Source: Nostoc sp. DedSLP01
Lineage (GTDB): Bacteria > Cyanobacteriota > Cyanobacteriia > Cyanobacteriales > Nostocaceae
Reading direction: 5' to 3'
NCBI GenBank assembly: GCA_034530875.2
Contig: JAVRCJ020000001.1
Coordinates: 288,001 to 352,000 of the forward strand
DNA: 64,000 bases
Both the position numbers and the translations under genes were made by a program. The notes below the pieces were generated by a model. The model saw only the letters and a program-made list of their open reading frames with translations, was not told the DNA's origin and did no database searches. Of this stretch, positions 31,690 through 42,251 are shown in pieces. Within the stretch, counting starts at the first letter, position 1. The number at the start of each line of letters is the position of its first letter.

Positions 31690-33015
31690 TTAAAGTTGAT
31701 TTCGCGCCTTCAATTGCAGATATCGCTCAACCAACTCATCAGCAATTTGATTTGCTGGTGCATCTAATACTAATACACCTTTTTGCTTGAGTTGAGCAAA
31801 TGCCACTTGTCGCTGTGCTAATAAATCTAATGCCACTGCACGCACATAAGCACCTGCAACATTTTCACTAAAAGTATTTGCCAGCTTATCGACTTGCGGA
31901 TCTCGCAAAGTTACGCAAAATGGCAAATAACGGGGTGCAAGTTTAGAAAGCGCAGCCAACAATTCCATAGAAGCCGTGACATCAACTAAGTCAGTAATTA
32001 CCACCACCAGCGCCCTGCGAGTTTGTCGCTGCACAACATTTGTCACTGCGCCCAAATAATCAGATTCCAATAACGCTGGTTGAATGGGAGTTAGTTTATC
32101 AATTAGCTGATTTAAATGAAGTTGACCGCGTTCTGGGGGAATCCACGTATGCATCTGGCGGTCAAATACACCAACCCCAACCCTGTCACCTCGATGCAAT
32201 CCTGCCAAAGCTAAGGATAAAGTTGCATTCAAACCCCAATCAAACCGTTGCAAACCCTGGACTTTTGCTGTCATTAATCTGCCGCGATCGAGTAAAATCA
32301 GCAAAGTTTGCTCTTGTTCTGGTTCCAGAACCCTTACGAGTGGCGGGGAGTTACCATAAGCACCAACTCGACGGGCGGTAGCTTTCCAATCAATAAACCG
32401 CAAATCGTCACCAGTGCGATAATTCCGCAGTTCGGCAAACTCCGTACCGATACCTGTTTGCTTCGCTTGGCGCATTGACCCCGATGATTGCAATGTGAGG
32501 CGAATTGTCAGCGATCGCAATCCAATTAAATCGGGATAAACTTTTACTGGCAGACTTTGTAAAATCTGGTGATCGTCCCAAGCTAACCCCCAAAGTCCCA
32601 ATTGTCGAACTTGAATATTTCCCCAAGGAAACTCTCCCCGTTGTGTCGGGTTAACGGTATAAGTTAATTCCTGGGTGCTGTTACTAGGAATACTGGCTTC
32701 TAGTGCAGGTGTAGATACACCAAACCCTGTTGGGTAGTAATCGCGGATTTTAATTTGGGCGTTGGCATTTTTTGATGTCACTTTTAATACAACTGGATTA
32801 TCCCGCCCAATCGATAATCGTGACGGTAATTCCCTAGTAATTTGCACGCGAAAACGCCGCACCTGCAAACCATCGGCAACCATTAATACCACAACGACGA
32901 CATCAAATAACAAAGTGATGGCGATGGTTGCTTGAATGGGCAGAAAAAGGGATAGGATAAAGGCGATCGCTATTCCTAATACTAATAAAAAATAAACTCG
33001 TTTGGAAGGAACCAT
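31690..33015 (-). CDS. DUF58 (MoxR-associated vWA-like) membrane protein
   Basis: N-terminal TMs, EFAELRNYRTGDDLRFIDWKATAR, and LLDRGRLM. Confidence 0.92.
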   Translation of the reverse strand: MVPSKRVYFLLVLGIAIAFILSLFLPIQATIAITLLFDVVVVVLMVADGLQVRRFRVQITRELPSRLSIGRDNPVVLKVTSKNANAQIKIRDYYPTGFGVSTPALEASIPSNSTQELTYTVNPTQRGEFPWGNIQVRQLGLWGLAWDDHQILQSLPVKVYPDLIGLRSLTIRLTLQSSGSMRQAKQTGIGTEFAELRNYRTGDDLRFIDWKATARRVGAYGNSPPLVRVLEPEQEQTLLILLDRGRLMTAKVQGLQRFDWGLNATLSLALAGLHRGDRVGVGVFDRQMHTWIPPERGQLHLNQLIDKLTPIQPALLESDYLGAVTNVVQRQTRRALVVVITDLVDVTASMELLAALSKLAPRYLPFCVTLRDPQVDKLANTFSENVAGAYVRAVALDLLAQRQVAFAQLKQKGVLVLDAPANQIADELVERYLQLKARNQL

Positions 33016-33049
33016 TTTTTGCTCTATTTAACCAAGTTAGTGGAGCTGT

Positions 33050-35923
33050 TTATTTATTTGGGACTTTTTTTGTCGGACTTGGGCTTTGCTTATCTTTATC
33101 GGTAGGCTTGGGGTTGGGTTCAGGATCGGGAGGGGGAGGTGGGCTTCCCAAATCAGACGCCAAGTTGTTCTCCTCTGTTAACCCAAAGTTTTTTGTCTCA
33201 AACCACTCTGATTTGAGCAACGACCACCAATCAGCCGTCAGCCCTTTCAATACATAGTCATAGGGAAGCCAACCATAACCACCTTCTCCCCAATCCTTTC
33301 CCCAAGAGTTTCTAATCAGTAATGCTCCTTGTGACACGATACCATCAGCGTTTTCTATTACCTTATAATCTTCATAGCCAACTGCAACAGCAGCGTGGCC
33401 TCCTTTTACCTTATCTTTCTCAACTGGGTAGGGGATATGACCTCCTTGGTTTGAGTCATTGTCGATGGAATCATAAATAGTAAACCCAAATGCACAAGGA
33501 AAACCAGCAGCTAAAACCGTCTTAATCCGAAATAGCAGTATATCCTCTGAAGTACCCGCAGGATTTAGACGGAAGTATTTCAGGGCTTGATAACTTTGGG
33601 CGAAAGAGTAGCAGAAGTTAGTTGGTTCCTCATCAAACTTATCTTCTTCATAAGGCCAGTATTCCTCTGGAGGCACACCAAATAATGCCATTGCTTTCAT
33701 TGTTTCTCGAAGAGATGCTCCTACATCACCTTGACGATGCATTAAATTGCGTGTCACTTTATAAAGAAACAGTCGAGAAGCATCGATATGCCTATCAAAA
33801 CTTCTTTTTTCAAAATACTCCATTAAGGCAATACCAGCGTGTGCTGTACATGAATCGAGTGAACCTTGGTCTTCAATAGGAGAACACCAAAAGCTCAAAT
33901 CCACAAATTCTGGTACTAATAAATTTACAATTTTTTGCTCGTTTTGCTGGTCTAGTTTTGGTTTTTGATTGTTTAGTTGGGCTGGTTTTGGTTCTTGCGA
34001 TCTTGAAATTTTTGCCTCTAAATCCCATTCTATAGGAAAATTTTCTAAATCACGTTTCAAGTCTGATTCCCTTTCTAGCTCCGGTTCAACCCTGATTTCG
34101 TCTGGTAGGATTTGGATAACTGTTCTCAGACTTTTACGATAGAAAATTTCTATTCTCTCTTCTAGGTTAAATTTAAGATTATTACGGTCTAAATAGATGA
34201 GAGACTTAAATATCTCGTTTGTCTTTTGTATAGTCTTGGATATCCTGCTTCTTTGGAACTGAGAACTACTCTTATTTTCAATCTTGTTCAAAACTTTTTT
34301 AAAACTTAAAATTCTGGAAAGGGCTACAAGGATAAATAATGGATTAGAATCCCACTCTTTTAACAAATTTTTTTTTGGTTCTAATTTAGAATCAATTTGA
34401 AATTTTTCCGAAGCAATTTGCTTTTGCAGTTCTCTAATTTGGTCGATAAGTACTTGAATTGTTTCTTCCTGTTGCTGTTTTTTAGATTCTTCTGATTTAT
34501 GAGATAATAACCATTGCTCGAATGATTTATCAAGCTGCTTTAAACCATTCTTTACCGCTATTTCAAGATTTGGGTGTTGAGCCAAAGGAGAGATTATTCG
34601 ATAAATCCATTTAACGATTAAGTCAATTGTTTGTTGCAATTCTTCGTTTTCTTGTTGAAGCTGTTCGCCAGGATTGGAGGCTTGCGTTGTCGATTGCTGT
34701 CCATTGATAGGTGTCGATCGCTGAAATCCTTTCTCAGTAACAAAGTCTTTTACCTCAAATTCACTTATTTGAAAAATTTTTAAAGTAACTTCATAAAGTT
34801 CAATAGGTATTGGTGACGAAGTTGAAACAATTAATCGCTTCTGATGCTCTCGAGTTTCTGGTTCTAAATCTCGAGTTTTTGGAACTTGTGGTATATTTTT
34901 GAGAGTAACCAAGTTTCTCAAAACTCTCCTAGTCTCTTGCCCAACTATGCCATCGACTTTTAGTCCATACTTAGCTTGAAAATATCTAACAGATTGTTCT
35001 GTTAGCGAATCAAAATATCCTGTTGCTAACCCATTTAGTTCTTCTAACTGAATCAACTGCGATTGTAATTCTATAACTGAATCTCCCCAACTACCACTAG
35101 CAATAGAATCATCTTTCTTATCATTTTTGTTAGAGTTATTTTCATTATGTAACTCGCTTGATTGAGATTTCTCTAATACTTTGGATAAAAACTTAAAGTA
35201 TTTTAATTCATTTAAATTGTCTAAAATGGATAACAATTTTTTTTGCTCTTCTGGATTTATTTCCTGAATTAGCTTATTATTATCTTTAATTTCAGGATAT
35301 TTAAGTTCTAAAATTTGGTTTAGACATGTGAGGGCAAAAAATGCCATTTGATCGACAAAAGCAGCACTTCCGTCAATTTTTTCATCTAAAAGCTCGGACA
35401 CTTTATTGAATTCATTGACAGCTGCTTCAGTTTTTTTGCCAAAGTAACCATACTCAAGAATACAAGGAAATTTAGTTGTTTGATAATCCTTATAACGATT
35501 AAAATAAAAGACTTGCTTTAATTCATCAATTGATTTCATTAAACTAGAAAATTCTTTGATATTTTCTAATTTATCTTTATAATTATCGAGGCTGAGTAAA
35601 AGTCTCTGAAATTCATATACTTCATAACCTACGCTCCCATAAACTAAAAAACTTTGATTTTTCAGAGGTTTTACTTTAACTAACTTAAAACCTCCACGTA
35701 TGGTTTTCTCAATTTTCTCAATCTTCTCAATCTGATTTTTTTCCTCTTTGTATTGTTTGCTGTTTTTGAGGAAATCCAAGATTTCAGCTATAGGTTCTTG
35801 TATATCATTAGTTATTTGTATATCCTGAAATTTTTTCCCTAGCCGATCTTTGATTTTACCTATGTGGTAGTCCCTAACATCAGGGTAATCTGGTATCCAG
35901 CCTGTTCCTTTGTTATCTACCAT
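33050..35923 (-). CDS. C1A (papain-like) cysteine peptidase with peptidoglycan-binding domain(s) and long insertion
   Basis: N-terminal GWIPDYPDVRDY; PG_binding_1-like VRYFQAKYGLKVDGIVGQET; catalytic DQGSLDSCTAH, GGHAAVAVGY and IRNSWG. Confidence 0.88.
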   Translation of the reverse strand: MVDNKGTGWIPDYPDVRDYHIGKIKDRLGKKFQDIQITNDIQEPIAEILDFLKNSKQYKEEKNQIEKIEKIEKTIRGGFKLVKVKPLKNQSFLVYGSVGYEVYEFQRLLLSLDNYKDKLENIKEFSSLMKSIDELKQVFYFNRYKDYQTTKFPCILEYGYFGKKTEAAVNEFNKVSELLDEKIDGSAAFVDQMAFFALTCLNQILELKYPEIKDNNKLIQEINPEEQKKLLSILDNLNELKYFKFLSKVLEKSQSSELHNENNSNKNDKKDDSIASGSWGDSVIELQSQLIQLEELNGLATGYFDSLTEQSVRYFQAKYGLKVDGIVGQETRRVLRNLVTLKNIPQVPKTRDLEPETREHQKRLIVSTSSPIPIELYEVTLKIFQISEFEVKDFVTEKGFQRSTPINGQQSTTQASNPGEQLQQENEELQQTIDLIVKWIYRIISPLAQHPNLEIAVKNGLKQLDKSFEQWLLSHKSEESKKQQQEETIQVLIDQIRELQKQIASEKFQIDSKLEPKKNLLKEWDSNPLFILVALSRILSFKKVLNKIENKSSSQFQRSRISKTIQKTNEIFKSLIYLDRNNLKFNLEERIEIFYRKSLRTVIQILPDEIRVEPELERESDLKRDLENFPIEWDLEAKISRSQEPKPAQLNNQKPKLDQQNEQKIVNLLVPEFVDLSFWCSPIEDQGSLDSCTAHAGIALMEYFEKRSFDRHIDASRLFLYKVTRNLMHRQGDVGASLRETMKAMALFGVPPEEYWPYEEDKFDEEPTNFCYSFAQSYQALKYFRLNPAGTSEDILLFRIKTVLAAGFPCAFGFTIYDSIDNDSNQGGHIPYPVEKDKVKGGHAAVAVGYEDYKVIENADGIVSQGALLIRNSWGKDWGEGGYGWLPYDYVLKGLTADWWSLLKSEWFETKNFGLTEENNLASDLGSPPPPPDPEPNPKPTDKDKQSPSPTKKVPNK

Positions 35924-36566
35924 GATTTCCTTTAATATTTCTCTGGTTATACTTATCTAGCTTTACCGGAAATTTTATGCAAAATACCTCAAAAGTTATG
36001 AGAGTTTATTCCAGTAAACATTCATTACAGTTAAATAATGTTAAAAATCCCTAAGTAAAGATTTTGAGGCTGATTTGGGTTCAATTAGTATAAGAGAATT
36101 GGTATAAATAAGTCGGCATTAAAAAATTAATCTGTGTGACGAGATGTAAAATTAGCAAACACTTTATAAATTAGAGATTGCACAGACTTTACAAAATTAA
36201 ATATACATGGGTTTTATCTACGGACTTACTTAACTGTTGCTCTTTAACTTCAACAAAAAACCTTTACTTCAGCCACTTTTGATTAAAAACTGCCACCTAA
36301 TAAGTATGAGTGATATCGATTTAGAGTCTAGAACCCCAAATTAGTAATCTCAAAACCAGGTCTCTGTCGCTGGAAAGAATTAATTTCCTGAATTGAACCT
36401 GAGGAAACTTTGTTTTTAACTACTATCTTGAATACTGAATTGGTGTTATAGGCATCTAAACAATAAAATCAAACCAGTGATGATTATAAACTGTAAAAAA
36501 TAGCACAGAGCATTTATTAAACGATTATTTACAATATAGTTACAAGAAAAGTACAACTTGGCTCAA

Positions 36567-38330
36567 TTAAGAGCCAGTTTGAGTTCTCACCCGATCGCAA
36601 AGATGGTCTTCAGAAGCATAGCCTTGAGCGTTAGTATTATTAGTTAAATAATCATGCAGCCAATCGCACCCCCGCGCCGTTAATCCATCCAAGGTAAGAT
36701 TTTCTATATTCCACAAAATTGCTGTGCCATCTTTACTACCAGAGATGAGACTCTTATTATCAGGGCTAAAACTGATACTATTGACTTCACCATCGTGGCC
36801 AGTCAGAGTTGTAATCTCCGTACCGTCTTTGTGCCAAAGTTTTACCGTTTTGTCATCACTAGCAGTAGCAATCGTTTGACCATCACGACTAAAAGCTACC
36901 TGCGAGATTGCAGCATTGTGCCCATTGAGGCTAATCTCACCACCGTCAAGCTGCCGGAGTTTGACGCTATTGCCCACAGCGATCGCAATCATTTGACTGT
37001 CGGGGCTGAAACTCACGCTATTGACTTGATAAGTATTTATTTCATCAGTATGACGGTTAAGGATTTGGGGTTGTTGACGCTCTCGATTCCAGAGTCTCAC
37101 ACTGTTGTCCTCACTCCCAGAAGCAAGGGTTTTACCGTCAGGACTGAAACTCACAGCGCGAACTCCAGTTTTGATATCAAAAGTTTGAAATAGCTGGCCT
37201 TGTCTGTTCCAGAGTTTTACCGTCCCGTCTAAACTGGCAGAAGCGAGTATTTGACTGTCAGCGCTAAAGCTTACACTCATAACATTATCTTGATGCCCTT
37301 CTAAAGTGTGGAGCAAACGACCATGCTTGTTCCAGAGTTTTACCATCCTGTTTGCTCCACCAGTAGCGAGAATTTCGCCATCAGGACTGAAACTAACGCT
37401 ACGAATAGCATCGCTGTCGTTGAGGCTATTCCGTTCTCTTACCCAATAAATCGCCTGTCCCAACACAGTCATCACTTTTGCGCGATCGTCAGGTGGAATC
37501 GTGATTTTGTCTTTTTCTAGTTCTTTGAGTTTCTTGGCCGCTTTTAAACCTGCTATTAAGGCATCAATGGTATCTCTATTTGCCGTAAAACCTGCGTCTG
37601 AGGCTGAAATTAGAGCTTGGAGTTCTGATTTTGCTGCTGTTATCCGCTGGCGATCGGCTTCCTTCCAGCCAATTACTGCAATAATCGCCGAACCTGCGGA
37701 AATCACAAAGGCTGTAGTAAGACCAATGAGTTTTGTTTTGTAACGTGCCCTTTGAGCTTTGCGACTTTCACCGATGTAGTCTTGTTGCAGTGTCGTTGGC
37801 AAAGGGTTTTTTCCAGTTCCTTTGGTTAACCATTGTTCTGCCTCTTCTAGTTGGCTACCTTGCAGCAAGTAACTACTGTTGCGTTTTTTCTCTTCCCACT
37901 CCAAGGCCAGCATCAGTAAGCGGGTATGCTCTTTGACATGCTCTAAATCGGTATCAAGGGCCTCGAGTAGCGATCGCAAAGCTGTATTGAAATCATTACT
38001 TTCTTGAAAGAAAATATATTGAATTTTCGCTAATTGATCATCCACATTGTCGGCATCCTGCCACACAATTGGCACTAAACGTTTATTGTGCTTGAGAGCG
38101 TGTCCCAGCTCCTCACCGCAGATTTTAGAAGCGACTGAATTCGGACTAATAATAAAGATAAAATTATCGGTGGCTTCAATTGCTTCATAAATTTCTTTGC
38201 GCCATTCTGCCGTAGACGGAATTCCCTTCCAGTCCACCCAGACTTCTCGCTTCTGTTCCTTGAGCGCGTCATAAAGTTTTTTGACAAACTCTTTATCTTT
38301 GCGTGAGTAAGAAATAAACGCTTCAGTCAT
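36567..38330 (-). CDS. TIR domain - transmembrane - WD40 repeat protein
   Basis: AFISYSRKD...VWVD...SPNSVASKICGEEL (TIR), TM LIGLTTAFVISAGSAIIAVIGW, and six WD40 repeats. Confidence 0.92.
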   Translation of the reverse strand: MTEAFISYSRKDKEFVKKLYDALKEQKREVWVDWKGIPSTAEWRKEIYEAIEATDNFIFIISPNSVASKICGEELGHALKHNKRLVPIVWQDADNVDDQLAKIQYIFFQESNDFNTALRSLLEALDTDLEHVKEHTRLLMLALEWEEKKRNSSYLLQGSQLEEAEQWLTKGTGKNPLPTTLQQDYIGESRKAQRARYKTKLIGLTTAFVISAGSAIIAVIGWKEADRQRITAAKSELQALISASDAGFTANRDTIDALIAGLKAAKKLKELEKDKITIPPDDRAKVMTVLGQAIYWVRERNSLNDSDAIRSVSFSPDGEILATGGANRMVKLWNKHGRLLHTLEGHQDNVMSVSFSADSQILASASLDGTVKLWNRQGQLFQTFDIKTGVRAVSFSPDGKTLASGSEDNSVRLWNRERQQPQILNRHTDEINTYQVNSVSFSPDSQMIAIAVGNSVKLRQLDGGEISLNGHNAAISQVAFSRDGQTIATASDDKTVKLWHKDGTEITTLTGHDGEVNSISFSPDNKSLISGSKDGTAILWNIENLTLDGLTARGCDWLHDYLTNNTNAQGYASEDHLCDRVRTQTGS

Positions 38331-38851
38331 CTAATTTATCTAAAAATACTTAATAAAATTTCAAGAAAACACCGTTTATTTACTCTTCGTAAAAGAATTA
38401 TTTTCTTTATAAAAAGAATTAGTTAAATTTTAATTTACTCATATAATTTAGATTTTCTTACTATATGATGATTTTTGCGATCGCACTTTAGCCAAAGACC
38501 AAAATTAACTATTTTGATACAAAGCTTTAAATAAGTACGAGCAACTGCTGAAAAAGCGAATATAGCAATCTGATTTGATTGTTGAACTTATTTCTGTAGG
38601 TCTGGTGACGCCTACACCAACAAGCCTGCACAAACAAAACTGCCTCAAGGTAGAGTACGTAGAGTTAAAAAGTAAATTTTTGACTACTAAATGGCTGTTG
38701 CTAATGACTAATAACTTCTCGAGAAGTTAGGATAAAATTACCATCCGACTTCAGTTGAGATATTTACTGAACGGGAAGGTAAAAGCAGCAAACAACAACG
38801 CTGCTGCGGTCAACTTCTACCAATTTCTAGTAAATATTAATTACTAAACCC

Positions 38852-39979
38852 ATGCCACATCGTCATTATCCTCCCGCCTACTTACGCTATCTTAGAGCCA
38901 GGTTATGGAAGCTAGGGCGGCCTGGTTTTTGGGTAACTGCAATTTTTTTATCTGTAGTCGGGTTAGTAACCTGGGAATACTGGTCAAATCCAGACGTTTT
39001 TGTTTATAAACAAAAAAAACAAGTCGTTTCCGAAAACCCTACTGACTCTTCCCTATCGCAGGAAAACAAAGCTATTGCCGCAGATATTGATAACTTGCCC
39101 GTCTTATTTAATGATTTCGATCAAGCAGCTTTGTCACTAGCAGCAAATAATCCCAAGGAAAAGACTGAGGGAAAAAAGAGCAAAGGCTTATTAGACGAGC
39201 TAATTAATACACAAAAATCTCTTAACGAGAATAAATCAAAATCTGGCTTAGGAATAGTTAATCCCCAACCTGCGCCAACTTTCAAAAATCCGTTTATCGT
39301 ACAAACAGAAAATTTATTGCGTAGTGGAACAGTTGATAACAATAGCCAATTTCTTGGTCTTAAGTCTTCTAGTACAGCATCTCAAACAGAAGGAGAAAAA
39401 TCTTCTAGCTTGGGAATCGGGTTAACTAATCAAACCAACAGCGATCCCAATTCTGTTTCCATCAGCCCTCTGCAAGCAGCGATCGACGAATCAACAAGGC
39501 AGAAGTCTAGCTTGAATGGAATCAATGCCAATGGGCGCAATGCTTCGGAGCGTGTCTCTGACACAGGAGCAACGTCGATACTACCCTTAAACAGCTTACC
39601 CAGTCAAATACCAACTACTGGGTTGAATCCTGGGTACACCTCAACGATTACAAACTTCCAGCCAAATCCCTACACTAGCAATCAAGTACCAGTAGTACCT
39701 TCAGCGAACTCTGTTGTACCAAATAATATTGCGCCTTACTCTAGCTATCCGAATCAAAGTGTTGTCACCCCAACAAATCCTACAGGATATACAAATTATG
39801 GTTTGCAGCAACCAAACCAAGTACCACAGCCTAATTATGGCAACTATGGCTTGCAGCAGCCAAACCAAGTCACACAGCCCAATTATGGCAACTATGGTTC
39901 GCAGCAGCAGACGCAACCAACACAGTCTACTGCTGCATATCTCCGAGATATTATAGAGAAACGCAGAGGTCAGAATTAA
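38852..39979 (+). CDS. Hypothetical membrane-anchored protein with low-complexity Q/N/P/Y tail
   Basis: 375-aa ORF with one N-terminal TM and a 48-bp repeat encoding NYGLQQPNQVxQPNYG. Confidence 0.75.
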   Translation: MPHRHYPPAYLRYLRARLWKLGRPGFWVTAIFLSVVGLVTWEYWSNPDVFVYKQKKQVVSENPTDSSLSQENKAIAADIDNLPVLFNDFDQAALSLAANNPKEKTEGKKSKGLLDELINTQKSLNENKSKSGLGIVNPQPAPTFKNPFIVQTENLLRSGTVDNNSQFLGLKSSSTASQTEGEKSSSLGIGLTNQTNSDPNSVSISPLQAAIDESTRQKSSLNGINANGRNASERVSDTGATSILPLNSLPSQIPTTGLNPGYTSTITNFQPNPYTSNQVPVVPSANSVVPNNIAPYSSYPNQSVVTPTNPTGYTNYGLQQPNQVPQPNYGNYGLQQPNQVTQPNYGNYGSQQQTQPTQSTAAYLRDIIEKRRGQN

Positions 39980-40072
39980 AGGTAATGATTTTTTGCACAA
40001 GTGGGGAAAAGGGCAAGGCAAGAATTCTTTATCTTTCCCTTTCCCTTTTTCCCTTCTTCAATCTGAATTCTC

Positions 40073-40756
40073 CTAAGGAGATGGGGTGCTATTTGGAATA
40101 ATCGGAACCTCTGGTGTTTCCGGGTTTTGTTTTTGGCGTTGCAAGTATTTACTCAAAACATAAGCCATATCTCCACGGGTAACGGGTCGTAATGGAGAAA
40201 TATTATTTTGAGCATCTGTATTCAGAAATCCTTCAGTAATTACTGTGGCGATCGCTTTTCTCGCCCAAGATGGGATAGACTCTCGATCTGGATATGCAGC
40301 AAGAGTTTCATCAACAGCGTCATCAGGAAATTGAAAGACACCATAAGCCTGGGCAAAAATAGCAAGAGCTTCTGCTCTAGTTACCTTTTGATTGGGGAAA
40401 AATTGATTCCCTCGATAGCCTTTCATGATGTCAGTTTTTAAGACTGTTTGTATATCATTAAATGCCCAATAAGATGGCGGAACATCTGGAATTGCTAAAT
40501 TTTGTTTGCTAGCAGCTTCTCTTTTATCTAAGCGAAATGCTTTGACCATAATCGCCGCTAATTCTGCTCTACTCACTAACTTTTCTGGATAAAACTTGCC
40601 ATCAGAAAAATTTGTCATCCATTTAGCAGCAACTACTTGTTGAATAGAATCAGAGGGTATTTCAGAAGTATTTCCTGGTATCGGAGTCTGAGCGATCGCT
40701 GGTAAGTTTTGTAGTAGTGCGACTAAAGATAAAGTAATTGAAAGGTGACGCATCAT
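40073..40756 (-). CDS. S-layer homology (SLH) domain protein
   Basis: Signal peptide plus three SLH motifs (FYPEKLVSRAE, FPNQKVTRAE, PLRPVTRGD). Confidence 0.9.
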   Translation of the reverse strand: MMRHLSITLSLVALLQNLPAIAQTPIPGNTSEIPSDSIQQVVAAKWMTNFSDGKFYPEKLVSRAELAAIMVKAFRLDKREAASKQNLAIPDVPPSYWAFNDIQTVLKTDIMKGYRGNQFFPNQKVTRAEALAIFAQAYGVFQFPDDAVDETLAAYPDRESIPSWARKAIATVITEGFLNTDAQNNISPLRPVTRGDMAYVLSKYLQRQKQNPETPEVPIIPNSTPSP

Positions 40757-41024
40757 AATAACCAGTTTGAGCAGATAATGTGAATTTAAAAAACTAGATT
40801 ACAGAGGTGAAAACGAATTTTGGTGTCTTAATAATCTGTTACTTGGCTATTGACGAATTGAAGTTGGACAATGTTGCGTAGCTATACGGAGTATTTGCTA
40901 TGTGGCAGCTTATTTTCGTCGTTCGGGAAGTAGCGCTTGGCAAAAACTTGTTTTTTCGCTTTCATCTTTTGGTGTTGTCTGCCCACTACTATGGACTATA
41001 GTCAGTTTTTCAGGAGTTTTGGGA

Positions 41025-41735
41025 ATGACCGCAGCAGCAGATCCCGTAAAGTTGATGAAGCAAGAAGTTGGCAAAGCCGCCGCCGCCTTAGTAAAGTCGG
41101 GTTCGATTGTGGGATTGGGTACGGGGTCAACTACAGCATACACAATTCAGTATTTAGGCGATCGCCTCAAGTCTGGCGAACTGAAGGATATCGTTGGCAT
41201 ACCTACCTCGTTTCAGTCAGAAGTGCTGGCAAAGGAATATGGTGTCCCCCTCACTACCTTAGACGCTGTTGACCGCATCGATATTGCCATTGATGGGGCA
41301 GATGAAGTCGATCCTCAGAAGAACTTGATTAAAGGCGGTGGTGCAGCGCATACCCGCGAAAAAGTTGTAGATTACCTAGCAGAACAGTTTATCGTCGTGG
41401 TCGATAGTGGCAAGTTAGTAGACCGCTTGGGTTCTAGTTTCGCCGTACCCGTAGAAGTGATTCCAATGGCAATTACTCCTGTAACCAATGCCATCAAAAA
41501 ACTCGGTGGCAAACCAGAACTCCGTATGGGTGTCAAAAAAGCCGGCCCGGTAATCACTGACCAAGGCAATTTTGTCTTAGATGTCAGATTTGACTCTATT
41601 GAAGATCCAGTCAACTTAGAAAAAACATTGAATAATATTCCCGGTGTTTTGGAAAATGGAATCTTCGTTAACTGCGTCGATTTAGTTTTAGTTGGTGAAG
41701 TCAAAGACGGTCAGCCAGTAGTACGGCAACTGTAA
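41025..41735 (+). CDS. rpiA: Ribose-5-phosphate isomerase A
   Basis: GLGTGST, DGADEVD, IKGGGAA and REK. ATG 41025 follows a CAGGAG RBS. Confidence 0.97.
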   Translation: MTAAADPVKLMKQEVGKAAAALVKSGSIVGLGTGSTTAYTIQYLGDRLKSGELKDIVGIPTSFQSEVLAKEYGVPLTTLDAVDRIDIAIDGADEVDPQKNLIKGGGAAHTREKVVDYLAEQFIVVVDSGKLVDRLGSSFAVPVEVIPMAITPVTNAIKKLGGKPELRMGVKKAGPVITDQGNFVLDVRFDSIEDPVNLEKTLNNIPGVLENGIFVNCVDLVLVGEVKDGQPVVRQL

Positions 41736-41855
41736 AAATTTTGGATTTTCAATTTTGGATTTTAGATTTTTCTAAAATCCAAAATTACTGATGTGGTATT
41801 AACGATAAAAACTGCTGTAATTATTGTAATAGTGTCTTTTTATCTTTCACCGAAT

Positions 41856-42251
41856 TTAAATAAGTTTTATAATGTAATTTTGCAAGATAGCAGGCAATTC
41901 TTCCTTGGTTATCTCATGCTTAACTACCTGTAGCGTTAATTTTTCAGCTTCTTCTTCTGTTATTTCAATATCGTAATCATTCACGTTTAAAAAAGTGACC
42001 ATAGCAGCAAAAGCAGTACGTTTATTACCTTGTTCAAAAGCATGATTACAGGCTATGTGAAATAAATATGCAGATGCTTGTTCATAAATAGTAGGATGCA
42101 AATACTCTCCCCCAAAAGTTGCTTGAGGTGAGTAAAGAGCAGAGTCCAGCAAGCCTTCATTAATCACGTTTAACGACTCGCCAGTTTCACTGACGAGCTC
42201 GTTATGTATACAGATTATGTCTTCTTTCGCAAGGAATTTAGGATGCTGCAA
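41856..42251 (-). CDS. Doc/Fic family toxin
   Basis: HAFEQGNKRTA Doc-type motif and GLLDSALYSP. Confidence 0.9.
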   Translation of the reverse strand: MQHPKFLAKEDIICIHNELVSETGESLNVINEGLLDSALYSPQATFGGEYLHPTIYEQASAYLFHIACNHAFEQGNKRTAFAAMVTFLNVNDYDIEITEEEAEKLTLQVVKHEITKEELPAILQNYIIKLI

